From Octopus sinensis (taxonomy: Eukaryota), in the NCBI RefSeq assembly GCF_006345805.1, contig NC_042999.1:31992001-32056000 (forward strand): DNA of 64,000 nt, in the 5' to 3' direction. The notes beneath the pieces were generated by a model. The model was not told the origin of the DNA. It saw nothing but the letters and a program-made list of their open reading frames with translations, and ran no database searches. The stretch's first letter is position 1, and each line of letters opens with the position of its first letter. Both the position numbers and the translations under genes were made by a program. Positions 1 to 14,023 of the stretch are shown piece after piece.

Positions 1-3000
1 CCAAAAAAGCATCAATTAGGGGGCCGTAGCTTACTGGGTTTCATACAAAGGAGATATTTGTATTGAATGTATCAATGCATATGGACCTAACAATGGTATT
101 GGTGAGAGGTTATAGGCCAAATTACAATACATAGAACCACACACTTTCAGATTTACATGAAATTCTCTAGTTCTCCTTGGGGGAATTTATACCAAAATAG
201 AGAAACAGAATCAACTATGGGAAGACATAATTTGATAGACGGAATTGAAAATTTCATAGTAAATGTACAGCATATTTTAGAACTACATGCAAAGCATGAA
301 ATATCCATACAACCGACCCATCATCTGAGCATTAAACCGTTTTGCTGAGGCTTAATGCTTTGGCATATCTGTTGCTGCCCAATACCCGGATTAAAACTTA
401 ACCTTTTCAAGCGTACTTCACTTCCACCAATTCTTTTTGAAGCTATTCAATGGGTCATAGCCGCCGGTCCTCCTCAGGAGTATGTAATGAATGTAAACAT
501 GGACAACCCTGAGGTGTAAATAGATTCATCATAAATATCCTTATGCGTCGAGTAAAACCAATCCGTTTAGCAACAGAAAATCAAAAATATTAATGATATT
601 TTTGAAGACGTTCAAAATGCTATTAAAGACATTCCAAAAAGATAAAATATATATATTGAAACTGAAAAGTTCTGTGGATGATTATGTTCCAATTCACAAC
701 ACTAGATTCGTCCGTAGAGACAAATCCTTAGCTACGCAAAAGTAAAGCAGCTTGCAGATTGCTTTCACGACAGCAATAAATTCAGTGTGAAACAGGAAAT
801 CCATATACCACTTTAACTAGGCTCTACATCAAATATAAAAACAAAATCGTCTTCTATGCGTTGAAACAGGAATATCAAACATAAAGCAGTGAGATTCAAG
901 TTTTAAAAAATTGCAATAATATCTTAGACAACTTAGAAATAATAGACAGATGTTGGTAAAAACAAACGTACGTAGAGTTTATGAGGAAAATAACAACAAT
1001 ATCAGGATGCCCACTCTCAGATAAAAAAAATTGAAACACTCATAAAGGATAACATCAATGCAACTGAAAATAATTTTGCAGCCTTGGCTCACAAAACATT
1101 AGGTAGAATGTTAGATTTAGCTGCAATATCAGGAGAATAACGGCAAGAAAATCACTCAGGCAGGATTTATTTCTTCTCAACGCTTTCCCAGTTGATACAT
1201 CTAATTTGGAATTATTCTCTCTAATTCTTTATTTATGTCTTGTCCAGAGAATATCATCCACCCTGTACAATGTGATTATTATAACAACTTAACAAAAAAC
1301 GCAGAATCTGTGGACGTTAATGTAGCGTATCAATGTTTTCACATGCAAAAGAAAAAAAATATTAGCAAATGTTTTCCAACCTGATATAAATCCTATCTGC
1401 CAGCCAACATCCAGCATCCAAATGTGAATCGAACATGTTCTGGGATTTTGATATCGTCCAAAGTACAACAATATCATGGTGAATATACTACTAGAAAACG
1501 TTATTACTTTTCTTAAACGGAATTTTTTTCATATTGATAAGAAAATGAAGAATGACCTGACCATATTCATTTTGGTGGACTATTTGGTAGAGGGTTCAGA
1601 AACCAAAGTTTCAGGAGACCAACTGAATGCAATGGGCCATGGAAGTTTTTTTCGTTCACTGATATTTTGAGAATGATAATCATCGAACATGCAAGCTTGG
1701 GGCATCCAGAAATTTCAACGCTTTCACCTTCAGAAAAATTTATCATCAATTATAGAATTATATGAGATGTATTAGTGTGAATCTACTCGGCCAGTATCAG
1801 GATGCCATGTCATCTTTAACAGATCCTTACAGGCGAAATCACCACCTGCAAAGGAAAATTATATCCAATGATTTCTGTCAGCAAAACATGTCACTATCCG
1901 TTGATATATCCAGTATAAAAGGGTGCTGAAATCCGACGTCACTGGAAATACAGGAATTAAAGGTTTCTCTGTGAATGTCTCAACAATAATGAAAGAATTT
2001 GATATAGACTGCATCAGAATACTATTACTATCAACCAAAAAGTATATAGACAACAAGCTATAAGCTGCTACTGTAAATATGAGACTAGGCAGATTCTGCT
2101 ACGTACGTGACTGCATTAAATCGTTTAAATTGTTTAGCGAATTAAATTTTGTAATTACTGAACACCTCTGGTGCTATGCTCCTAACATGATGTGACATCC
2201 GCGAATGAAGCGAATATATGTATATATGTAGATGACAACATTGCATATATGAAATATATGAATACTTCGAAGGTTCTGCATAAAGTAAGAATTGATACTT
2301 CTTGCAGACAAAATCTATTTATTTTATAGGCGATTGCTGGTAATTTAATAGGCTTGCATAAATTGTTGCTCACTTGAATCCTTTAAGGACATAATAGTGT
2401 TTCAGGATCAGTAGGATAACTGGTGATAAATTTGTTCTGAGAAATGCAAAGAAAAAATACAAATATTTGCTTGTGATGCTTTGGATATTACTGACCCTTC
2501 CAACGCTGAATGTGAAGCGTATGTGGAAGATCATGACTTCACTAGTATTAACTTCATTCAATTTGTTTTGGTCAAATCCGAGCGAAATCAAACTGGTTTC
2601 AGGTCACAAGACAATCTCTGCTAATCTGAAACTACACCCATGCGACTTGTTGAAAGTGAGGGGATTATATTATTTAAGAAATGAACTGAAGTAAGGTATC
2701 CTGATTTTTTTTATTTTTCGCCGTCGATAAATATATTTGCCCTGAGTTGCAACCCAGTGGCGTAAAACGATGTACTTCTCAGAAAGCTGCAGTCCATCAG
2801 TTCAGTTACATGTTGTGTACCATCAAATCAGATGCTACGATTTCAGATGACAGATAGATGTTGATAATGGTCAAAGCGAAATTATACATTTGGTCCAGAA
2901 GAATTTTGCATTTGAGGAAAGGGACACATCTATGTGAACCGATCCAGTTATGCACGCCGTTTGCGTATCTATGCGCAAGTGTTCTAACGGCACTAGCTTT

Positions 3001-4697
3001 CAGACTTCAAGCGCATCCAATAAAGCTGTTTGTTTACCATCTTCAAGAATCCTAAGAGCAATTCAGTCAGATAACTGAATTCCAGCACATAGACAATATC
3101 ATACATATCCAGGCCACGATGTGATGCTAAAATCACCCATGAATTGCGTAGAAAGATGTTTCAAATAGATTATCTTTGCCTGCTCTACGGATTCCAGTGA
3201 CAACTAGTCGTGAATGGCATAGAGTAGCACGTAGACCAATCTTTGAAGAAACACGTTGGTAAGAGTCAACTAAAGCTTATAATTGCAAAGTGTGGTGAGA
3301 CACCACACGCCAACTTCATTCTATCTTTCAGAATTCATGCAAATTTGAATTTTATAACGCAAAATAAAAACCGGGAAATAGCGATGGTAAATTAAAACTT
3401 AGTCAAAAGGTAAATAAAAAGGTTAAGATTCATAAATTTGGCAAAAAAATGTGTTCCTTCCTTATTCTAACAAGCTAAAATTCATAAGTGCAACGACAAA
3501 TCGTAATTTCACGACCAGATGAAATATATGCCATCCATTTCATACATCTTCGTATACATAATATTTTTAGGTGTATTTTTAAGGGTTAGTAACTAGAGCA
3601 AAATAGAAAATTATTTCGACACTTGAGAGTGATGCTCATGCTACTGAAATTCCACTTTAATTTAACTAAACACTCTTCACTGATATAAAGATGAACATAA
3701 ACGAGAAAACATTTTGAATAAGTGTTTCAACAGGATACTAATATACGAACTCAAACATATGCTGTGCAAAGAATGCAATTGCTTAATATCACATCAAACT
3801 TAATATTAATTTTGTTTGTATGTGTATGTGTGTTTATGTTTGAATGGGGTTTCTGTTTGTGTGTTTGTGCGTGTGAAGCCACGTGTAAGAAAAGTTTGAT
3901 TAGACATGGGTATGATTTGGTTTCAGGCTATAAAGGGACCAAATAAGGTAATGCTTTTTCTACGGTGACGTCTGCAAGCGTTTAGTCAGTAGACAACTCA
4001 TTGTTGATATATAACTAGTTTTCAGCGGCACAAAAATACGCTTAATGACTTTACGGAAAATACACTACCGACATTCAACCATAAAAATAAATAGATTTCC
4101 ATGTTTTTTTGTTTTTTTTGTGGAAAACACTCGAAAACCTAACTCTAGGCATTAGTTCATACTTTAATTCACAGTTACCAAAATAATAAAGTTTCATTTC
4201 AGTATAAGTTTTTGCAACCCTACATATTATAAGTGCATTTCTATCAAGTTGCCGCCTGAAGAATACTTCAGTCAACACTTAATATTGTCTTTCCAACTGG
4301 ATATAATGCAGATCATGAGGGAATCTACTGAATACATTTACTGCTTGACTGACTCCAAGATTTCTTAGATAATTCGAATTGAGTAATAATAGCCTCTATC
4401 ATATACACGAAATCTTAAATATCTCGGAAGGTGTTCGGTGACCCCAGTTCTTGGCTCGTAATTTATTTGATCATTACTGAGGAGATGAAAGCAAAGTTAA
4501 CTTAGGCTTGATGTAAACTCAGAACATTAAGCGCCGGAAAACTTATAGCAAATAATTTTGTCCGCTGCTCCAACGATTCTCTCTACCAAGCATATTTGAA
4601 ATTACTAATAATAGTTGCAATACTAAATCGAAAGTAAAAATCTAGTGATTTGGTTTTATACTGGACGAGTTTAGCGTGACTTTTTATTTATGTTGAT

Positions 4698-4731
<34 letters not shown>

Positions 4732-7700
4732 AAAATCGTAGTCAATGGAATTAAATAAGATATCGCTGTTATGTATACCAAAAAAAAACATGATGAGCCC
4801 TTCCTAATATCCATATACGCTGCCATAAATTCACGGTTGTAGAATAATATATTTGGACTCTTGCTGTGATGCGAATCGAGCATGTATAGTTAACCTTTGA
4901 TTATATCTTGTTGCTTTCTATTGCTAGACGTGCATGTTGCAGGTCCTACCATCACTCTAAAGATTATATATTACGATAAATGATATTGCAAACAATGCAG
5001 CTAAAGAGTGAAAATTTTGAGGAAGTAACACATTTTAACAACGTAGCATTGATGATATACGCGTCAGTACGGTAAGAGAGAGAAATAAATTATCTGAACA
5101 AAACAGAACAATAAAAAGTGTTCCAATTCTATGTTTATAATTACCGTATATATGTTATTTGTTATTTTGAAAATGCGTAACCATTTGATGATTTCATCAG
5201 TATTTGAGCAAATATTGCGGAATATGTTAATTATTAATGAAATAATCATCGCCTCCTCTTTCCAGTTTCGATTATTTCTCTAAACATACATCAGCAGGCA
5301 AGGGCAATAATTTTTGAACGACAAAGTCTGTTACACACGGAGTTAGGTTTCTCTTTTCCACCCCTCCAACACGAAAGTCTGTCATCTTAAGTCAACATAG
5401 CTTAGTACTAATATAGTCGCAGACGTTAGTCTCTGAAAGTAAAGCGCCAGAAGTGATGGCATATCGCAACTTGCAAGTCTGTCTAATAGTTTAGCGCCGA
5501 ATCCGTCTGCCAGAAATGTTACTTATCAAGACTACGAAACGTAAATATGATCTTAAAAGGATTTGAACATAGAAGGCAGGGAGCAGACTGAAATACGTGA
5601 GGCACTTAATTCGATGATCTAATGATTGCACCCTACCATATTTTGTTGAAATGTGTAGCCAAGTATTTTCCTTTCGGCTCAAATTAATTCAATGATTGAT
5701 GGTATTCTCTAGATAAGTATTGTAATATCCTCTGTTGTGTAGATTAAACTTTACAAAATATTGGTACATTGGGATCTGTTAGGGATTATAGACATGATGG
5801 AAGATGAAAAATCAAAGAATGTTGATGACAGGGGAAAGACATGAATAATAGATGTAATGGATAGAAAATAAGAACTATATAAATTAATATATATATGTGT
5901 GTGTGTGTGTGTACGTATGTATGTATTGGAGAGTATATAACAAAAAGGAGATTATAAAACGTAAAGCGGTTAAGATAGGATGCTACTACGAATTTAAACA
6001 AGATTCAATGCCGATGTATTTATCTATCATCGGCTTAAACTAGCAGGCCTGTTCCAAAGGTGAAGTCAAATATTTGAGTGGCTAAATCTATTAAAACGCA
6101 TATGAGAACGAAGACGATTTGACATAGAAGATATAAAATAAACAAAAATTGTTCTATTTGCGTGGCAGACGAAATTATTAAAACACCATTCTACTGTCTC
6201 TTTCAACTTATATACCATGTAATGTGGAAATAAGGAAGCAACAAGAATTGGAGTTGAATTTGTCTATTGCAAAAAATAAACTCTTAGCTCAATTATGAGT
6301 CGAGTGCGAAAGCAAACAGTGGATGACGCCAGAAACAGAATATTTGGAATTTCCACATATTGCAGCTATGCTACGAAAACATCATTCACTGGTCTTCTTT
6401 AGCTCTAGGTCTTACAGATGTCGAATAAATTTCTAAGAATGTATCGGCAAATGTACGGCATCAGTAAATTTGTATTCGAACTTTGCAGAATAGAGTGCCA
6501 TTTTTGTCGAGGGCATTACTTGGAGATCTTGTAATTTTATGGTAAAACGCTTATACAAAACCATAATAAATGTGCCCTTAACTTCACATAACTGTATGAG
6601 CTGATTTCCACGGGATTTTACTACACATTTGCTGCAGTACGACAAGCAATTATGCAACCATTTTTATCTGTCTATGTTATTCCTTACTGATATTATTTCC
6701 TATTTAAACTTAATGCCGCGTTGATAGTTGATTGGCTGCGTATGAATGTACATGAACATATAAACATGTGCATCGTATACGTCATTATTTCAATAGAATC
6801 CCTCTGAAATTTGACCGATGTATAATTACGCCTCCTTCGTCCTCTGTGTGTGGGTGTGTGTGTATTTGTGTGTATGCACACATACTTTCTTCATCTGTAT
6901 ACTGATAGCAATAGTGAACATATTTTGGTTACTTGGTGCTGGGAAAATGTTTCCTAGTAAATTGGGAGCATTGATTTTAAAACTGTTCACACATTTCTGG
7001 TACGTTATTATCACTCTTTCGAAATATACATTTGGCTTCATAAAATGTAATCCCACGTAAGGTTCCTAACTTTGAAAACATAGTTTTCAATATAATTTAA
7101 ACAACAAAAGTAAAAAAAAAGAAGTATCTTTAGTACATATAATGCAAATAGATAGAGCAACTTTCATTATTTTCAATGTAACCAGGTTTAAATATCATGA
7201 TATTAATAAACAACTCATTTCTGTGGTTTTTTTATATCATACATGCCTCCTATTTGTAGAATATCTATGTAGATATACACACGCTACCTTTATTGCAATC
7301 CAAGTGAGATATGTTTTGTTGAACCTTTAAATGTTTCATATGAAAATTTATATTCTGAATGCACCCTTTTTTATTTTAATTGTGAGGTCATCTGGGTTAA
7401 TGTTATTTTTTATCAACCATGGTAAAAGCATTGTAAAAATATCTTCATGGGTTGTTTGAACTTCATGGAAATTTGCCATCATAAATCTGCATTTACATAC
7501 TTCATAATTGTTGACAATATTGAAAAGGATTTTCCTAGGTGCGAATATATTTTATATTTTATTCCCCAGCAATGGTGAATAAAAATACAAAAACAGCCTT
7601 GATGTTAGGAAAGAAAACATTACGAAAAGAATTGGTGTGGAAACATCAAAATAAGCTTGTTTGCTGTTAGATAAAGAGATACTGAATGTTAAGTTAAGAT

Positions 7701-10700
7701 GACACAAACATCACTGCTGTAAGGTGAATGACCTACCGAGTAGTTATAATAGATTGAAAGAGAAGCGGTAAGTAGAAAATGAAATCAAATTCATTAGAAT
7801 ACGATCGTATATATTAACGTGTTTTGACATAGGATACATAATATTTCTTCATATACGCTACAAAATTGTGTATACTCAATAGAAATAATCGTTGCATGGG
7901 GCGAAGTTTAGAGAATTAAGTTGAAAAGAAGAGAAACTGAAGATAAGTATTTTAGGATTTAGGTGAGAACCAGTTTACAAATATATATATTTAAAGAAGT
8001 GTGCAAACATTCGCGGATGTTAACTAAATTCACGTACGATGTGAATAATTTATATATATAGTTTAGGCTGCAGTGTCATTCCGAAGGTAAATGCAATTAA
8101 GCTTGATTGTTATAAATAAATTTTATTTATGCAAAGGGAGATAATTGTGGATATGATCAGGTATTATGTAGGTGGCAAGTATATGCGGCGAAGATGATGA
8201 ATTTGTTTGCAAGAAGTTAGGAAAACAAATTTTCAAAGTGTATTTAAAGATCATGTGCAAGGATAAATTACACTAGAACATTTTCGGAAAAAAAGTTCTA
8301 TTAATTGTTATATTTACAATTACTCCTATCTAATTTGATAATACAGAGTTCAGAAATACGCTCAAGCCAGTTATATGCAGAAGCTGAAAGTATATATAAT
8401 TGAGTGTTTTTCAAGTCTCAGATGTAATCAAGCGAGGTAGAAATACAACACTGAGAGGCACGTTCATTCATATACATATAGGCAGGTTTCGATTACAGAA
8501 AATTACAAGTGCATACATAACCAAGCATAATGCATAACATGCATACAGCTCACACACATGCATAGCACTCACACACCTGTGTGATACTCACACACGTGTG
8601 CCCTGGGGCTCATGAACAGATTTCCGTGATTATTTCCTCGCGATATAAATATGAGATTCATGATTAGTCTTTTATATATGTGAATTGAATGTTTTTGCGT
8701 AAGAATTGTTTTGGAAGCCACGATACTTTCTTAATGCGATATCAAAATAAACACGCAAACAACACAGACACATACACATGCGCACACAAAGATACAACTA
8801 CACATACACGCACGCACAAACACACAAAACACATATTAATACAGACACACAAATAAAACGTTGCAAATGTTATTAAAACGTAACAATCAAATACTTGAAA
8901 AATACGTGCGTGATGAATGTAGAAGCGTCACGATTTAAAGTCTCCTTGTATTCAACCAGTATGTGAGAAACCACATAGACGATCCTGTTATGCGAATTTC
9001 ATTGATTTTTTTCTGGAAATCTGAGCCGTGTCATTACAAATAGAGTAGGACACTATTTTTGGTTTTGCACTTAGGAACCTAATAACTTATCGATTTAAGT
9101 TATATAATGAATTATTTGGACAAAAAGCGTAGGAGGCATTCTGTTCTTGATTAAAATATGTTTAATCACTTGCAAACGATCAAATGAAAAAATAATTTTG
9201 TAAACTTTAAACCCTATCGATCATATTGAAGGAGAGGAATCAAAATATATTACCATTTGTTCCTCTTGAAATAAGACAAAAATAAGTTTGGGGAACGAGG
9301 CTGCCCTTACGTACTTGCCCAAATAAAAGAAATGATGACTAAATTGTCGATGAAAGGAATTCTAACCTTAAAATAAGGTTGATGATATATGGGTTAAGGT
9401 AGTCCATGACAAAAGGTATTTTCGTGGAGGTACTAATTTTCGATACATTTGATCAACCTATATATGAGGGGAGCTAAACGAACAATTTACTTGAACTTAC
9501 ACTAGATATTGTTTACATAAAATCACAATCATTCATGCATTGTAGAGGGAGATGGCATTCAAAATGCAATAACGTGCACATAGGTATGGAATATGAAAGT
9601 GAAATTAAAGAGCTTTCAATGTGAGCTGAAATTTTGTAGAAGTTTTCACCTGACGAAAGCCTAACACTTGTTCAATAATTCACACTAAGAATAGAAAGAT
9701 TTCTACATGGCATTAGTTTCTAAGTAGCAAAATTCATAAATCAAGAAAGATTACAAAACTGAAGAATCAAATGAAAAAAGTAGATACAGGCGTGAATTGA
9801 TATTGTTTATGCAAACGCCAGACTATTTTATTTTTATTCAATGTAAAAATGATGAATTGATTTCTTTTACTTTACAAATTTACATTTGAATTAAACAAAC
9901 ATGAATATTGTTAATAATTAAACACAACATATCCGAAATAACATTAGAATTTACTTAAAGATTTCCATAAAACTAATTTTCATTTTCAAATTCTCATTGT
10001 TTTTAAGTAATATTTAAGACTAAACGTATACTTTCCCTCCTATGAGACATGAACATGATTATAACTACGTCGATTTTCATTAGAAAACCTGTTCTTCGAA
10101 ACAAGTAAACTTTTAGCTCAGCCTACAATATAATATAGATAAAGTCGGCGGAATTCAATCGTTCATCCATCATATTGCATCCGCAGATAATGACATTTCA
10201 AGTTGGCCCATTAAGAATCCCCCCAGGTTTTTCAATATATATTAGCATTTTCGGTTTTCTATTAAACTTTGCACATTTATAAACACTCATTAGTCGTCCA
10301 ACCAATAGCAATACTGTTTGACGACCCAAGAGGAATCATACTTTGCCATAGCAAACTTCAATTAAAATGCGCTTACGTGTAACCAGTGCAGGATGGTTTA
10401 AACACTAAACAAACAGAGAAAACCACACGCATACATGTACTACTACTCACATACAACACGCATATTTACATAGATGAAATGTATATATGTATATGTATAC
10501 TCACGCGCATGTAAACATATATTTGCATATGTGTGTATGTATTATATATGCACGCAAAAACATTCGTACAAAAACATCCGACACAGCAATGAAAGCACAG
10601 ATACACATACACACGCACTTACACGTGCACATACTCTTTCACACACACACACACACACACACTAATTCAAGAACCCATGCATATATTATTTAGTAGATCT

Positions 10701-11136
10701 CTTACTCAAATTAAGGTAGATGGTACATTTCAGTAAAATGTTAATTATATGAATAACAAAATATATGTATATCACTATATTGCAATATTAACCAAAGAAG
10801 GTATATTACATAGCACACTGATGTCATAATATATAAAATCAATTTCGCGTATTTCTTTATGTTTTCTATGTGAGATTCATTCTACCCAAAATAGTGCCTA
10901 CCGCGACACTATCCTAACGGAAATATCAATGGATCTTGACACTCGGTACAACAATATGTTGCATGTACGTTGTAACTCAAGATTGTTGCAAGAGATTTGA
11001 TTTGAAAAGCTTCTCGGTTCAATGTAGTACTGACATATCAGCCCATCCTAGCATGTATACAGGAAAACGTATAAACATGACATCCACATGTGCATGTATA
11101 GGTATAGTGGCCTTTGCTATCAATCGACCTATCAAA

Positions 11137-11169
<33 letters not shown>

Positions 11170-11509
11170 CGCATACATACATAAATATATGTGTGTGTGT
11201 ATGTATTTATATATATATATATATAATATATATATATATTATATATATATATACAAAATTTTACATTCAATAACATACGTGATGCGTGGCTTTCCGTTAT
11301 TCAACGAATGAAAGATGCATTGAATACGACAAAACGTACACTTAGGACAGACAGAGAAGAGCACTAATTATTCATCAGACACACAGACACGTACACACGC
11401 ACACACACTTATATATGTATATTATTTACATATATTTGTCTGTCTTCCTGTCTCTCTCCATCACTCTCTCAGTTTCTCTTTCTCTATTTATGTATGTATG
11501 TACATATGT

Positions 11510-11609
<100 letters not shown>

Positions 11610-11610
11610 G

Positions 11611-12857
11611 ATAAGAAAGTTTGTTTGGTAAAGCACGTGGGTGAATATATAAGAAAATAGTAAAGTGTGAAAAAACGACAGAAGGCTTAAATGTTAAAAA
11701 ATATATATATTTGTGTCAAAATGTCTGGAGAATATTGGAAACATTTTTTTTCCTTTCCTTCAAATGACATAATTTTAAAAATTTTTAAAGAAATTACCGG
11801 TTTCGCGTGTAGCTTTTCAAATTTCTTGTGACGTTATGTTTATATTGCATGGAATTATCGTTGTTTTTATTTCCAGGAGATTTCTAAATAAGGGGAGGTA
11901 GTGAGTGATTTTTTCCGGTGTAGGGGAGATAATCGCTTAAATTTTTTTTTCCCTTTTCCTTGTTAAATTCTCTGTGTCAGTATGTTCGGATGGTTGAGTC
12001 TGGGTTTGTACTTTTCAATGAAGAATGTTTCCTTGTTCAGTCTCATTTGTGTTGATGATCCGAAAGCACATTGGTAAAATGGGAAGATTAAAAATTGTGG
12101 CAGTAGTTGCTTTGCGCATTTCTCAATGTGCTCACTAAAAGGTATCATTCTATATTCTGGGAATGCAATCTGTTGTCGATGCTGTGTGCATCTGCGCCTG
12201 AGTGATAGTCCCGTGGAACCCACGTAGTCTTGGTGGCAGCCCGAGCATTTAATAACATAAATTATGTTTTCAGAGGCACAAGTAAAGTTAGATTTGATCT
12301 TAAATTTCTGTCCCTCTTTAAAGAAGAATTCTGATCCTTCCAATAGGTTAGTACATGTTACACAGTTCGATCTACCACATTTTTTTACTTTTGCATCCGT
12401 AATTTTAGAAGACAATTTTGCCTTTGTGAGAATCTTTTTAAGTGATTTAGGCTGTCTGTAGCTTTTAATGATTTGGTGTATGTTTAGAATTTCCTTTAAT
12501 TTTGGGTTTTTATGAAGTATTGGTAAATTCTGGGTGATGATGGTGAAGGCTTCTTTGTTTCTGGGGTTGTATGTAGATATGTAAGGTAGTATTTTCGGGG
12601 AAGGTGTGTTGTTGTGTTGAACTTTTCTTAAAGTTTCTATGTTGATTTCTGTTGCACGTCTGATCCCATCCTCTATGAGTTGAGCTGGGTAATGTCTGTC
12701 AATTAGGGTGTTTTTGAGTTCTTGCAGTCTAAAGTTCCTGGTATTTTGTTCTGACACTATTGTGCATATCCTTCTTGCAAGGTTGAAGGGGATGTTTGTT
12801 TTAGTGTGTCTTGGGTGGCATGAATTAAAAAGAAGGTATTGTTTGGCGTCTGTGGCT
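11611..12857 (-). repeat. Inverted duplicate of the PLE 3' part (RT thumb, GIY-YIG, 3' UTR)
   Basis: The minus ORF 11963-12757 matches the last 264 aa of the plus ORF except for a few substitutions (IRRAT/IRCAT, SYRQ/SYKQ, CTNL/CPNL, CTQH/CTLH, QRI/QRN). The junction is at GGCGTCTGTGGCTT, ~12857. Confidence 0.95.
11788..11827 (-). ncRNA. Second copy of the variant hammerhead, in the inverted repeat
   Basis: Exact reverse complement of 16421-16460. Confidence 0.7.
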
Positions 12858-12859
12858 TA

Positions 12860-14023
12860 TATACAACACTGAACTCAATTTTCATCAACAAATCCGAAAA
12901 TAATACACAGGCACCTAATGAAACACAGCAGGACACCATACGCACCCAAACCAGCCCAACAAAAAGAAAAATAGGAAACGTTTGGAATACAAACCTGCAC
13001 AACAGAAAACTCACCTACTGGAACATGATAAAAAATTTCAACAAAGCAGATATCTACGAGGGATGGATAAACTCAACACCAATTATCCTCCCACGCAAAT
13101 TCCAGATAAAATTAATTCCTAACGAGCCTGACGGACAGAGATCTATTAGAGAAAAGTCAGCTCTGTTCAATTTTAAGTCAGAAATAGAGCTTCTAAAACT
13201 CAGGGCCTCCACAAATGAAGAAAAACTTAAAAGCATAGACGAGGAGATGCACAATCTAATACTAAAATATACCGAGGGACAACCCCTCGATAATACGTTG
13301 GATCACTGGAAGGATTCCTGTGAGAGAGAAGAGAGAAATTCTCTCCTACGCTGGGGGAAAAACATGGACTTCTTCCAAAAATATAGTGAAACCTTCAAAA
13401 ATGAATTGGGTACAAATAATCCCTTCCTTAAGAGAATTACAATAAATAAAAAAGAAAAACCTAACAACCCACGAACAACCCCCAACTATCCTCCATACAC
13501 TAAAAACATAAATCACCCACAACCAACCTTTACAAACCACGCTAGACCTAACAGGGAACTAGCTGAAAGAGGACGCGTCTATGAAAGAAATTACACCAAA
13601 AACAGAACAAACCAACAACATCCTAATACCAGACCCAACCACCATACAGCACAATACGACACTAGGATAAGAAATACACCACACACAAATCACTACTACC
13701 CCATGAACCAAAACTACTGGTCCCCACTAAACACAAGACAAACGCAAAGAAACACTATGTCAAGCAACATCCCACATACAAGAAGTTCGAAACAAAAATA
13801 TTCCCCATACAGAAATTTTACACACACCACAAGCATTAACAACCATAGATTCCCCCACACACACAACGATCGGAGGCAACAATACCACCACTCCCCCGAC
13901 CAAATACCACACAACCTCACAGACAACTCATACAAACAAAATTACACACAACATTTTTTAGCCAGGGACCAGGGACACCAGGACACAGGCTGGAACCTAG
14001 TAATAAGGAAAAACCGAAGATAA
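12860..14023 (+). CDS. PLE ORF1: predicted coiled-coil region followed by an Asn/Thr/His/Pro-rich low-complexity tail; probably 5'-truncated (first ATG at 13025)
   Basis: The frame is open from the inversion junction to TAA at 14021-14023. It contains a helical heptad-like stretch (FKSEIELLKLRASTNEEKLKSIDEEMHNLI). Confidence 0.75.
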   Translation, partial: YTTLNSIFINKSENNTQAPNETQQDTIRTQTSPTKRKIGNVWNTNLHNRKLTYWNMIKNFNKADIYEGWINSTPIILPRKFQIKLIPNEPDGQRSIREKSALFNFKSEIELLKLRASTNEEKLKSIDEEMHNLILKYTEGQPLDNTLDHWKDSCEREERNSLLRWGKNMDFFQKYSETFKNELGTNNPFLKRITINKKEKPNNPRTTPNYPPYTKNINHPQPTFTNHARPNRELAERGRVYERNYTKNRTNQQHPNTRPNHHTAQYDTRIRNTPHTNHYYPMNQNYWSPLNTRQTQRNTMSSNIPHTRSSKQKYSPYRNFTHTTSINNHRFPHTHNDRRQQYHHSPDQIPHNLTDNSYKQNYTQHFLARDQGHQDTGWNLVIRKNRR

